Source: Mobula birostris
Lineage: Eukaryota
Direction of reading: 5' to 3'
Length of the DNA: 64,000 nt
Assembly (NCBI RefSeq): GCF_030028105.1
Contig: NC_092372.1
Coordinates: 200,547,898-200,611,897, forward strand
The notes beneath the pieces are model-generated. The model had not been told where the DNA came from and searched no databases. It saw nothing but the letters and a program-made list of their open reading frames with translations. The position numbers were made by a program, and so were the translations under genes. Of this stretch, positions 12,737 through 24,831 are shown piece after piece. How positions within the stretch are numbered: the first letter of the stretch is position 1; each line of letters starts with the position of its first letter.

Positions 12737-13449
12737 TGATTTGGGTGCAGTTCATACAAAGGTATAGTACGTGGAGCAAACAGTTTGAATAAAGAGGAAG
12801 GTAATCAGGATCATCTCAAACAAAGGGTGATATACTGTACATTGAGGTGAAAAGGCTGGGAGAGGAAACGGTAGAGCTTAGGCCAAGGGTAGGTAAAGGC
12901 AGCTTTTCTAGAGACTGGACAGATTAAAATCTGAGATGGAATTAATAGAGGATGCTGGCTCAACTCAGCAAAACCTCAGTTTTAAATTCTGTTCCAAGTT
13001 TGTTTGTCCTTATTCTTTCAGGACATGTGGTTTGGAGCTTTTTATTCTTCATCCACTATTGTCCTAAACTGAGTGACTCACATGACTATTTCAGGGGAAA
13101 ATGAGGTCCATTGAATTTATTTATTTGAGTTTGAATTTATCTGAATTTATTTATTTAGATTTTACATCTGTCCCACAATGTAAAGGAGTAAAAATCTACT
13201 GAGTCACATCCATCATATCAGGCTAGGATAGCACAATTTCTTCCCTGAAAGACACTAGTGATACAATTGGTCATTTGAGACAAACCACTAATTACATACT
13301 GAAAGGTTTATTACCCAGTTTTATTTAATTACTGAATTTATATTTCTATCCACCATAACAAGATTCAACCTCTTGCCTTAAGTCAATGGGTCCAGTAAGT
13401 TTACTATTATCCTTCTAAACTCTTGCCACTCTGCTATTATATTCTGTGT

Positions 13450-13775
13450 TTTCAGCCCTCTCTACAGTTTCGGCTCTTCCAATTTTATACCCACAATCTG
13501 CTCTAAAACATTTAGGACTTTTACAGATTTTGAATAATAATTGCCCAACAATTCAAATACATGTTTTCAGCTGTTAATATCTTACTCTCTGGAATTATCT
13601 ATCTTTCTACCTCTTTCCAATTTGAGGATGTTATTTCAAGTCTACTTCCTTGTTCAATCTTTTGTCCACTGGTCTGGTCATCTCCCTAATGTCAAATTTT
13701 GATAGGTGATTTTATTGTAAAGAGCATTTGGAACAGTTTAGAATGTTAAAGACACTATATAAATGAAAGTTGTAC
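13450..13775 (+). mobile_element. Ancient L2-type LINE 3' end
   Basis: Ends gttaaagacactatataaatgaaagttgt, resembling the conserved L2 3' terminus. Confidence 0.5.
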
Positions 13776-13872
13776 TTTTTGTTCCAGGAAATAAATTGTT
13801 GTTCAATGCAATTCTTTCTTTCTGCCTCTTTTAACAAAACAAACCATATATTCAGATTCTGGTGAACTCACA

Positions 13873-14005
13873 AGTCCTAATGAAGGGTCTTGGCCCAAAG
13901 CGTCGACTCTTTACTCCTTTCCATAGATGCTGCCTGGCCTGCAGGGTTCCCCCAGCGTTTTGTGTGTTTTGCTTTGGATCCTGAGAATCTGCAGATTTTC
14001 TTGTG
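13873..14005 (+). mobile_element. Short PLE-derived repeat with hammerhead motif (G5 and G12 mutated)
   Basis: AGUC CUAAUGA A GGGU CUUG GCCC AAAGCGUC GACU at 13873-13908, followed by the family tail to ctgcagattttcttgtg. Confidence 0.75.
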
Positions 14006-14014
14006 ACTCTGATA

Positions 14015-14300
14015 TATGTTGTGTCCATTCCAGGCCAGCTCACCCAGTCTGGGCAGATAAGATCGACAGTGAGAGCCAATGCCAGGAAGACAGTGCTACA
14101 ACTCTCCATAGAGAGCGAAGGGCATGATAAGACACAGAAAATGTCATGTTCATCCACTGCAACCAAGGAAGACCCCAGTTTGTGATGCTTTTTTGTAGCA
14201 CTGGACCCAGACCTCTGAGGTTGAGAGAGTGGAACTGCTCCAATGCAATGGTTATTCCTCTTTAAAGACTCTTCTGTACAGACTTCCTCTTATCATCAGA
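14015..14300 (+). mobile_element. 5'-truncated older relative of the non-autonomous element at 48567-49126
   Basis: Colinear shared blocks, e.g. gataagacacagaaaatgtcatgttcatccactgc vs gacaagacatagaagacgtcctggtcatccactgc; cactggac; gagagagtg. Confidence 0.65.
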
Positions 14301-14304
14301 CTTC

Positions 14305-16082
14305 AGAATCAGAATCAGAATCAGGTTTAATATCACCGGCAAGTGTCGTGAAATTTGTTAACTTAGCAGCAGCAGTTCAATGCAATACATAATCTAGCAG
14401 AGAGAGAAAAAGGAAATAATAATAAATAAAATAAAACATAATAAATAAACAAGCAAATCAATTACGTGTATTGAATAGATTGCAAAAAAAAATGTGCAAA
14501 GACAGGAATACTGTGTATTAAAGAAAGTGAGGTGGTGTCCAAAGCTTCAAAGTCTATTTAGGAATCGGATGGCAGAGGGGAAGAAGCTGTTCCTGAATCG
14601 CTGAGTGTGTGCCTTCAGGCTTCTGTATCTCCTACCTGATGGTAACAGTGAGAAAAGTGCATGTCCTGGGTTCTGGAGGACTTTAATAATGGACGCTGCC
14701 TTTCTGAGACACCGTTTCCTAAAGATGTCCTGGATACTTTGTAGGATAGTATCCAAGATGGAGCAGACTAGATTTACAACCTTCTGCAGCTTCCTTCAGT
14801 CCTGTGCAGTAGCCCCTCCATACCAGAGAGTGATGCAGCCTGTCAGAATGCTCTCCATGGTACAACTATTGAAGTTGTTGAGTGTATTGGTTGACATGCC
14901 AAATCACTTCAAACTCCTAATAAAGTATAGCTGCTGTCTTGCCTTCTTTATATGCTGGGACCTGGTTAGATCCTCAGAGATCTTGACACCCAGGAACTTG
15001 AAGCTACTCACTTTCTCCACTTCTGATCCCTCTATGAGGATTGGTATATGTTCCTTCGTCTTACCCTTCCTGAAGTCCACAATCAGCTCTTTCATCTTAC
15101 TGATGTTGCGTGCCAGGTTGTTGCTGCAACACCACTCCACTAGTTGGAATATCTCACTCCTGTACGCCCTCTCATCACCACCTGAGATTCTGCCAACAAT
15201 GGTTGTATCATCAGCAAATTTGTAGATGGGCTTTGAGCTATGCCTAGCCACATAGTCATGTGTTTATAGAGAGTAGAGCAGTGGGCTAAGCACACACCCC
15301 TGAGGTGTGGCAGTTTTGATCGTCAGTGAAGAGGATATGTTATCACCAATCTTCACAGACTGTGGTCTTCTGGTTAGTCATAGTCAAAGTCATAGTCATA
15401 GTCATAGTCATACTTTATTGATCCCGGGGGAAATTGTTTTTTGTTACAGTTGCACTATAAATAATAAATAGTAATAGAACCATAAATAGTTAACTAGTAA
15501 TACATAAATTATGCCAGTAAATTATGAAATAAATCCAGGACCAGCCTATTGGCTCAGGTTGTCTGACCCTCCAAGAGAGGAGTTGTAAAGTTTGATGGCC
15601 ACGGGCAGGAATGACTTCCTATGATGCTCTGTGTTGCATCTCGGTGGAATGAGTCTCTGGCTGAATGTACTCCTGTGCCCACCCAGTACATTATGTAGTG
15701 AATGGGAGATATTGACCAAGATGGCATGCAACTTGGACAGCATCCTCTTTTCAGACACCACCGTGAGAGAGGAAGTCGAAGATCCAATTACAGAGGGAGG
15801 TACAGAGGCCCAGGTTCTGCAATTTCTCAATTAGGATTGTGAGAATGGTGGTATTAAATGCTGAGCTATAGTCAATGAGCAGCATCCTGACATAGGTGTT
15901 TGTTGTCTGAAGCCGTGTGAAGAGCCATGGAGATTGCATCTGCTATTGACCTATTGTGATGTTAGGCAAATTGCAATGGGTCCAGGTCCTTGTTGAGGTA
16001 AGAGGTCAGTCTAGTCATAACCAACCTCTCAAAGCATTTCATCACTGTCGATGTGAGTACTACCTGGTGATAGTTGTTAAGG
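14305..16082 (-). mobile_element. Rex-type LINE RT region with nested Rex insertion
   Basis: (agaatc)n tail; ORFs 14547-14756, 14904-15251 ([11 protein letters not shown]) and 15751-15939 ([13 protein letters not shown]); host resumes at about 15771. Confidence 0.9.
15378..15770 (-). mobile_element. Nested Rex-type LINE 3' end with (catagt)n tail
   Basis: Tail repeats 15378-15411; ORF end RSTFSQRLIPPRCNTEHHRKSFLPVAIKLYN. Confidence 0.85.
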
Positions 16083-16859
16083 CCTTGACAGACAACCTCC
16101 AAATGAATGGCTGAAGATGATCAAAAAACTTCTGCTGGGCAATGGATTGAAGAGAGCTCAGAGTCCAGACTTGACTGTCTTAGCATGACACAGTCATGAC
16201 TCTACTAATATCAATTAGTGCATTGACATATGTACCTAATTTGATTTCTCATTATGTTTGGTAATTTTATTGTAAGAAACCTCCAGTTTACTGGTTGAGG
16301 GGTACAGGTAGAGGGTTGTGGAGGACTGTGAGTGGTTAGGAAAGGTCTGAATTCTCCACAATTCCAAAACCGGCTTTGCCTCACACTTGTGAATGTCACC
16401 ACAGACCACAGCAAAGATCAGTTTAGGATTAAAATAATTTGCCTTCTGTTTTCAGTTGCTCCCAAAATAGCAGAACAACTCATTCAGCTTTATATATAGT
16501 ACCAAATATGGAATTGCTAAAATAAAAAAAAACAATTAATTGTTGTTGTCAGAGAGCAATAAATCATTCTCTACTTACAAGCCCCATATGCCATGCTTAG
16601 GGTGTGAAAAGTAAATACTGCTTCTCATGCAAGTAACTGCATGGATTGGTAATAAATTCTAGTTTGATTCCTCAACTCATTAGCTTTCAAATTGGGTTTG
16701 GTGCATATTGAGCCCTTATGAAAGGTCAAAACATTATTGAATTGTAAATAAGCATCTTGTTTCCTCAATATCAGTATGATGGGTGCCTGGCAGTGCAAGA
16801 TATATGTGGGAAGACTAAGGAAATGGAAGATCCTTTGATTTTAACCAGAGGAGCTAGTT

Positions 16860-17562
16860 AAGCAGTTTTCTACTGATTACCACCTTGAAACCATCCAGCC
16901 CAAACCAGTCAGGGTACATTAACACTGATAATAAGTCCCAGTCCATGAACTGATAAACACAACCACGATATTCCTTTTTATTTGCACTGTTTATTTTAAA
17001 GTTCAAAGTTCAAGGTTCAAAGTAAATTTATATTCAAAGTACATATATGCCATCATATACACCCCGAGATCCATTACTTGCAGGCATTCACAGTAAATAC
17101 AAGAGAAACGATACAGTCAATGAAAGACTGCCCCCAGCAGGATGGACAAGCAAACAATGTGCAGAAGACAACGAGCTGTGCAAACACAAAAGAAAGAAAC
17201 TAATGAACTAATAATAATAATAAATAAATAAATGAACAAATAAGCAATAAAAATCAAGATCATGAGGTGAAAAGTCTTTGAAAGTGAGTCCATAGGTTGT
17301 GAATACTGTTCAGTGATGGGTGAATAACAATCAGTGAAATTATTCCCTTTAGTTCAAGAGCCAGATGGTTGAGGACTAATACCTCTTCCTGAATCTGGTG
17401 ATGTTGGTCCTGAGGCTTCCACGCCTTCTTCCTAATGGCAGCAGTGAGAAGAAAGCATCACCTGGAAGGTGGGTTTAAAATTTATAGTCAACTTAACACT
17501 TTGCACTCTACTGCTGCTGCAAAACAACACATTTTACATCATATAAAGACAGTGATAATAAG
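16860..17562. mobile_element. Rex-type 3' fragments: minus copy (about 17000-17478) nested in a plus copy
   Basis: (ttcaaag)n tail at 17002; plus-strand tail ttgcactctactgctgctgc...gtgataataa resumes at about 17480. Confidence 0.65.
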
Positions 17563-17564
17563 AT

Positions 17565-18262
17565 CATAAGCCCATAAGACATAGGAGAATTAGAGCCATT
17601 TGCCTATCAAGTCTGTTCCAGCATGACTGAACCCATCTTGGCTAATTTGTTACCCCTCTCAACCCCATTCTCCTACCTTCTCCCTGCAACTTTTGGCACT
17701 GATTAATCAAGAACTTACCAATCTCTGCTTTAAATATGCCTAGTAACTTGGCCTCTACAGCCATCCACAGATTCACTACCCTCCGGTTTAAGAAATTCCT
17801 CCTTACCTCTGTCCTAAATGAATGCCTGTTTATTCTAAGGCTGTGCCATCTGCTCATAGCCATCCCACTAAAGGAAACATCCTCTCTACAACCACTCTAT
17901 CTCCACCTTTTAATATTCAATGAGATTCCACCTTCCTTCATTCTTCTAAACTCCTGTAAGTACAGACCCAGAGCCATGAAATGCTCCCTACATGTTAACC
18001 CTTTCGTTACTGGAATAATTCCCATGAGCATCTTCGGGATCCTCTCCAATGCCAGCACATTTTTTTCCGTAGATAAGGGGCCCAAAACAGTTCACAATAC
18101 TCCAAGTGCGGTATGACCAATGCCTTATGAAGCCTCAGCATTACATCCTTGCTTTTATATTCTAGTCCTCTGGAAATGAATGCTAACATTGCATTTGCCA
18201 TCCTTACCACTGGCTTAACCTGCAAGCTAACCTTTAAAGAATCCTGCCCGAGGACTTTCAAA
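17565..18262 (-). mobile_element. CR1 3' portion
   Basis: (cataaga)n tail; ORFs 17642-17863 and 18007-18261 (PHLEYCELFWAPYLRK). Confidence 0.9.
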
Positions 18263-19962
18263 ACCCAAAACTGATTGTTACTCTAATTCTGAATATGCAG
18301 TAGGAAGGAAGAAGGGTCTTTCGAAATTTGGGGAAATAAAATCTGAAGTTGAGCCCAAAGAAATCTTTGGTAAAGCTTGGATGTAGTCCAGACTACAGAG
18401 AACACAAGTTACTTAATCTCTGTACTTGGAAGTTCTGCCAGGCATGACACTGCCCTCCAATATCACAATGATTTTAATTTTTTGGCTGCATCAATCTATT
18501 CCACCAGTTTCAGCAATTGTCTGATTAGGTAGTAACATCGTGGTTGGGTTGGAAGGGAGAAGTTTGGAGACAGGGCACAAAGCTTTAAAATTTTAACCTT
18601 TCCCTTGCAACAATACTATGGGGCAGTGCAAGCAGAGATGGAAGGCAATCTGAAATGGTGGCAGAGGGGTTGTGTTTGGAAAAATTTATAATTTGATCCA
18701 ATGTCTCTAAAATTCCTAGGCTCCTATTCGGTACTTTTTCTGCAAAGTAACTCATTGGATTAAAAAAAAAATGCTTTTTGTTTACAGCTTATGGGAAAGC
18801 TTTATTATCTGCAGTGATAATATATTCTGGGGTGTTGCTCAGAAGTTAGGAAGCTGCAGAATTATGTTGGTATATGTTGAGAGTCCTCGGGGGGGGGGCA
18901 TCACGGGTGAATATAAGTTATCAGTAAGCCTTCATCATTATGACAATGTTCCCCGGGGCTGTGCAATAGATTTCATGGTATCCATAAGTATATGTAAATA
19001 ACTCAGGCTGCTGCCGAGACTGTGTTGAACAGAAAAGTGCTGAAACTGTGAGGTTTACTTTGTTTGTTATATTTGTAGTTAATAACAAAGTCAAAAGGGA
19101 GCCTGCGCTGAGTATGTTGTATGTTCTTTATAACTTTATTTTTTCTGCCTGTTTGACACCTTTCACCATCTTCTTTTGTTTCTCCCTCGGTAGCTGCTCT
19201 GTTATCTTATTCGATTTCCTCTTGTACGATAAAGTCACAATGCAACCTGACAGATTCGAGACATCTGTCTGAGGTAGCTGTGAAGAAATGTCAATGGCTG
19301 CCAGCAGACCTGTAAAATCCGTACTGAACTGGATAAACATAAAGGAATCAGCTGTCGACTGAGAGGGACCGACATTCTTAGAAGGTCAAATTAAACTCAT
19401 AGAATTTTATTGCAAAGCTGCTATCACAATCCCTTCATCTGTGTGGTGCTATGCAATTCAAGACAGGCTCTGATGAATTTCCTGTGAATTACATTGATAA
19501 GAATATCCAATAGGTCAAATTGAACAACCCGACAGCAGGAAAATAACACTAAGAATAGTTCTAACTTTATTCCAATCCAAGTTATTTTTACCTCTGTAAA
19601 ATCCAGTATAAAGTTAGAATGTACTCCATATGCTCTTAAGGACATTTGAGTTCCATTAAAAAAAGTCGCCAAAGCTAGTACATAAAGCTGTTGCTTATCT
19701 CTGACACTTTTTTTTTCCCTTTAAGGGTTATGGTAGCAAAATAACTAAGAAACTAATTAGACATCTAAAGGCCTCAACTAGTGATACAGAGACCTGAATT
19801 CAAATTCCATCTTAGCAGCTAGTTTCATCAATGATGAAAAGCAAAAATCTAAAATCAAGTCAGGAAATTCTGGCATATTGAGCATGGCAAAGTTATTGAT
19901 TTTGCTTCCCTCTGCATTGATGCTACCTGACCACTTGGGAGTCCTGAGCATTTTCTGTTTTG

Positions 19963-20267
19963 TGTCACGATATGTAGATAAGCAGCAGGGATGATTAAGG
20001 TGCAAGGGATCACTTTAAAAATGAACTGCAGAATGACAAGCCATGCAGGGCCACAAGATGAGAGAATGGACACTTAACATGTCACGACAACAAGGTAACT
20101 GAAGGCTAGGAGCAACTGATTGAGGCTGGCTGGTTTGATAAGTGAAAAAGGGTTGTGGATGTGAGCTGGGTTTAAATAGACTGCAGGTGATGAGTTAAAA
20201 ATGAGAGGCAGGTGACTCCTGTTAGCTGTGTAGAGACTGGGAGGAGCCTGTATGTGTAGGCCTGAAA
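19963..20267 (-). repeat. 3' LTR of the Gypsy element
   Basis: Plus strand begins tgtcacga; homologous to 25688-25945; abuts the polypurine tract. Confidence 0.85.
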
Positions 20268-21692
20268 GGACCCTCCCCCCACCCCCTTACAGCCAGTCCA
20301 GGATGATCCTGATTGGTCCAGTGGGATTCTTCAATGAGCGATAGATCCAAGATAAATCTGGACAGCACCCAAGTACTCTCCCCTGGACCATACCCCTCTC
20401 AGTTGTCCAGACAGGGTAGGATGTATATGGTACCTGGACCTTCTCAAATGATGGACTGTGCACACGGACCACCTTCCACTATCCTTGACTCAGGTGGCTT
20501 GAGTGGTCCATGGACAACGGGTTTGAGGCAGGACCTGTGGAAGGTAGGTGTGATCCTGAGGGATGGTGGAAGCTGAAGATGGTGAGTGACTGGGTTGATG
20601 TGATGAGTAATCATAAAGGGATCAATGTACATGGGCAAGAGCTTATGGGAGTTGGTGGGCAGGGTCAGATCTCAGGTGAAAAGCTAGACACAGTCCCCAG
20701 GTTGGAGTAGTCTAGCTTGGCATCTGTAGGTGAAATTGACAGTGGGGATGTCCTTCCATTCACTCCTTCAAGCATTCTGGCAGCAGTGAACCAGGGCCCT
20801 GATGGATGGGACCTCCAATGTTGACTCTTCTGTGGAGAACATTGGGATTTGGTAGTTATGATGCACTGCAAAGGGTGATATACCTGTGGCAAAGAAGGTG
20901 TGTAGCTCAGTCCAGAGCAGATATTTCTTCCATGTGGAAGAGCAAAAGGTGGCAAAGCATTGCAGAAACTTCTCCAGATGCTGATTGGTCCCTTCTAACT
21001 GTCCATTCTTTTGTGGATGATGGCCAGAGGACAAATTCACTGTGGGGCAGAGGAGGGAACAGAAGGCTTTCCAGAAGTGGGAGATGAATTGGGGCCCACA
21101 GTCTGGCAAAATGTCCTGAGGGAAGCTGTGGAGATGGACTACATGTCGGAGAAACGGATCTCCCCTTACAGTGACTGCCGGAAGTTTGGGAGAGCAGTTA
21201 AATGTGCTGCTTTGGAGAACTGGTCCACCATTATCACAATCACATTGGCCCCATTGGAAGGTAGCCAGTCCATGATGAAATCCATAGCGATTTGGGAGCA
21301 TGGGCATCCAGGAACTGGCAGGGGCCACAGGAGCTCAGAGGGCTGCTAACTGGAGGAATTAAACTGGGCACATTGAGGATAAGCAGGACGAACTGATGTA
21401 CATCTAGAATCCCAATGGGCGATCAGAACTGGTGTTACAATCTGTTGTGTGCTTAGATGGCTGGAGAGGGGTGAGGAATGAGCCCTCTGAAGTACCTCAG
21501 AGCACATGGCCACTGGCATGTACATGTGGTTATCAGGTGTGTCAGCCAGTGTAGGTTCATGCTGTAGGGCCTGGGGGTTCTGGTCCTCAAAGTCCCAGAC
21601 AGCAGGGAGAAGAATCTAGTAGGATGGAATGATGGGTGATTTCTATTTCAGCTGGGTCGAACTGCCATAACAAAGTGTCTGCCTTTGTGTTC

Positions 21693-21734
21693 TTGCTGCT
21701 GTATCTCTAGGATTTGCTGCTGTATCTCTAGGAT
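21693..21734. repeat. Perfect 21-bp tandem duplication inside the Gypsy pol region
   Basis: ttgctgctgtatctctaggat occurs twice, head to tail. Confidence 0.9.
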
Positions 21735-22326
21735 TTGATAAAGTCAAATTGCTTGAGGAAGAGGGCCCAGTGACTCTGATGTGGTTGAGTTGGAGGGTCT
21801 GTGGTATGGATACGAAGGTCCAGTGGTCAGTTCAGATCAGGTAGGGCTTGGTGTTTTCTATCAGCCAATGTCTCTGTTCCTCCAAGGCCCATTTGAAGGT
21901 CAGTAGCTCCCTGTCTCCTACTTCATAATGGCACTCTGTAGAGTCGAACTTGTGCAAGACGAAACAAAGGTGTGTCTTCCTATCTGGTCCGCACTGGGAG
22001 AGGATGACCCTGGTGCCTCACATCAGATGCGTTCACCTATACCTCTAAAGGTCTAGAGTGGTTTGGACGGCAGAGAATGGGAGTGATGGTGAAGTGTCTT
22101 TTGAGCTCCCCAGCAGTGCAGTCCATGGCAGCAGACTAAGTTATCCATGAGGGAGGTGACTTTGTGACGAATGTGACAGAAGCAGTGATTAGGCTGTAGT
22201 TCTTGTTGAACCACTGATAGAAGTTCGAACAGCCCAAGAAGCACTGTAGCTGTTTGAGGGAATGTGGTCGGGGCCATTTAATGACAGTGTGCATTTTCTC
22301 TGGGTCCATGGTTATGCCTTGGGCTT

Positions 22327-22830
22327 TGCATCACAACCTGGTACTTCAGCTGCAGTGCTGTAGACAAAAAAGCCTTGCAGAGGATGGTTAGGGGAGCAGA
22401 AAAGTCTTCTGTCCAAGACTTCTTTCAGAGTCGATGCCTCCAGAAGACACCGTACATCACTAAAGACCCCTCACACCCTCTCCATGAACTGTTTGTTCTT
22501 CTGCCATCAGGCAAACGTCACAGGAGCATCAAAACTAAAACCACAAGGCTACTAAACAGCTTCCTCCCACAGGCAGTCAGACTGCTAAATAGCTGCTCCA
22601 CCTGACTCTGCTTTGGACACTTTTAACTTGCACTGGACACTTATAACTTGATTTTAAGTGACATGCGGCTGTTGTGTTTTACTATTTATTGTTATGTTTA
22701 TTAGTTAGTGTTGCATTTGTTATGTTATGATTGCACTGCTCCTGGGAAATGCTGTCTCATTCTGCCCTGCAGAGCTGATGTACGGTTAGAATGACAATGA
22801 AGTTTTTTGAATCTTGAATCTTGAATTGAA
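22327..22830 (+). mobile_element. Rex-type LINE 3' end inserted in Gypsy pol
   Basis: ORF 22375-22605 (KDPSHPLHELFVLLPSGKRHRSIKTKTTRLLNSFLPQAVRLLN); (ttgaatc)n tail. Confidence 0.9.
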
Positions 22831-24831
22831 ATCACCCAGGAAGGAAATGACCGCCATTTCTCTGACTTGCAGTACAACCGGTTTGCAAGGAGATACTTAA
22901 GGAATGAACGGACGCGACAGACGTGGTCGTGTGGGTCCTGGGGGAAGATGAAGGTGTTGTTGAGGTATGGTAATTGAACGCATGCCTGTGTAGCATGTCT
23001 TGGAAGATCTCATTGATGAAGACTTGGAAAACAGCTGCACTGTTTGAAAGTCTGAAAGGCATCACCAAGTATTTGTAGTGGCCAGCGGGTGTTATGAATG
23101 GCAGCTTCCACTCATCCCCAATTTGATGAAGTTCTGAACCCTGCGGAGTGTTTCAAATGTGCTATCCATCAAGAAGAGAGGGTAGCAGTTTTTAATGTTG
23201 ATTTTGTTGAGTACACGATCGTTAATGCAGGGATGAAGACCCCCCATCTTCTTGACAGAGAAGAATCCTTCACCAGCTTAGGGCTGGGATGGTCAGATGA
23301 AGCCCTGCCGTAGAGCTTTAGTGATGTCGTCATCCATATCTTGGGTCTTATGAGGCGAGAGGGAAAACAGATGACCTAGTGGTGCCCAAGAGGCGGTCGA
23401 CTTCCCAGTTGTGTGGTCTGTAAGGCAGCAGGGTGCCAGCCTCCCTTTTTCTGAAAACGATGTCGAAGTTATGGTATTCCTGTGGGAGTTTGTTGAGGTT
23501 AAGGTTTCCTGTCTCTACAGAGTTACGGGATGAAGTCAACCGAGGTTGCAGGCAGGTGGGTCCACATCTCAGCTATTCGATGACCAGACAAAAATGCAGG
23601 TCAAGAGTAGAAAGCCAGGGGTAACACAAGATGAGAGAAAAGTTGGGCGAGTCAATAAACAGGACTTGCAGTGCTCTCTGATCCTCGTGTGCACAGGCTG
23701 TGTGCATGCACTGACCATCCCAGACTCCAAGGGACCTCTGTCATGGGCTGTGATGTTGAAGGAGTGCGAGATAGGCTCAGGTAGAAAGTCCAAGCTGCAC
23801 ACTGTCTGGTCAGTGCCTGCTGCGCTGGAATCCATCAGAGCCTCCTGTGTGCGTAAAGCATCAGGATGTAAAAGAGGACAGTGAGTCAGGCTATGGTGCT
23901 GGAATGAAGGGCTAGTGGTAGCTTATCAGATAAAAGGCCCTGGTCGTGCCATTTTCCCAGGTAGAGTGGGCATTGAGCATGCGTGATCAGCTACTCCACA
24001 GTAAGCCTACAGGTCGTTCCTCCACTGATGCACACGCTCTTGGGAGGGGTAAGGGACCTCTCTGTAACTCCGTGGGTTCTGAAGGTGTGATGATGAGGCT
24101 TCTGCAGTCTGAACTAGTTCAGCGAATGGAACAAGGGTTTTGGCTGACAATTTGGAGGGTCATTCCATTCCATGCTTGACAATGCAGAGGGCCAGAGTGA
24201 TAATGCTTTCAAGGTTGGTGAGCATCTCCAGGGTAGACAGCTCATCTTTCAAGTGATCCAAGAGACCATGATGGTAATAGGCCAGCAACACTTCTGCTTT
24301 CCAGCCATACTCCACCATAAAGGTCCTGAATTCCATGGTGTAATCCAGCACCGAGCGTGAGACTTGACACAGGTGAAATATCTGATCTGCTGCCTCCGTT
24401 CCGCTTCCCAAATGGCTGAAAACCCAGTGCATCTCAGCAGTGAATTCCTCATTTATTGCAGATGGCAGTTTTATTGTCCAAGCTAGCAGTGGCCCAGGTC
24501 AGAGCTCACCCAGTCAGAAGAGAGGTGACGTGGGCAATCTGGGCTCAGTCTGGAGAATATGTGGATGGCTGCCGCTCAAAGTGCATGACACACTGGGACA
24601 GGAAGTTGCGGTGTCAGGTTGGGGATGCATCCAAGGGTTTGAGCACTGGAATCCAGGTTTCTGAGGGAGGAGGTTGACTGGTATAGGGTTGCTGTAATGA
24701 GACAGAGTTGGTTGAGAGTGGTGAGCAGATGGTCAATGGTTTCCTGCTCTTCAGGATTGTGTACTTTTTAAGATGGATGTCTTCCTCTAGGCCAGCAAAC
24801 TCTGTTGGGTCAATTGCCACTTCACTCATCC

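Noticed and set aside
14605-15225. 206-aa + strand ORF (also 9569-10084, 48737-49207, 48849-49346)
   Set aside because: Antisense shadows or chance ORFs within TEs; no protein-like features.
15378-15411. Short tandem repeats (catagt)n, and the 96-bp units at 42884-43168, as CRISPR-like arrays
   Set aside because: No unique spacers and no cas genes; these are LINE tails and internal duplications in eukaryotic DNA.
19270-19292. tgaggtag, a let-7-like seed
   Set aside because: The rest does not match let-7 and there is no pre-miRNA hairpin.
19128-19340. 70-aa minus-strand ORF
   Set aside because: No recognisable protein or good splice pair; better explained as non-coding sequence.
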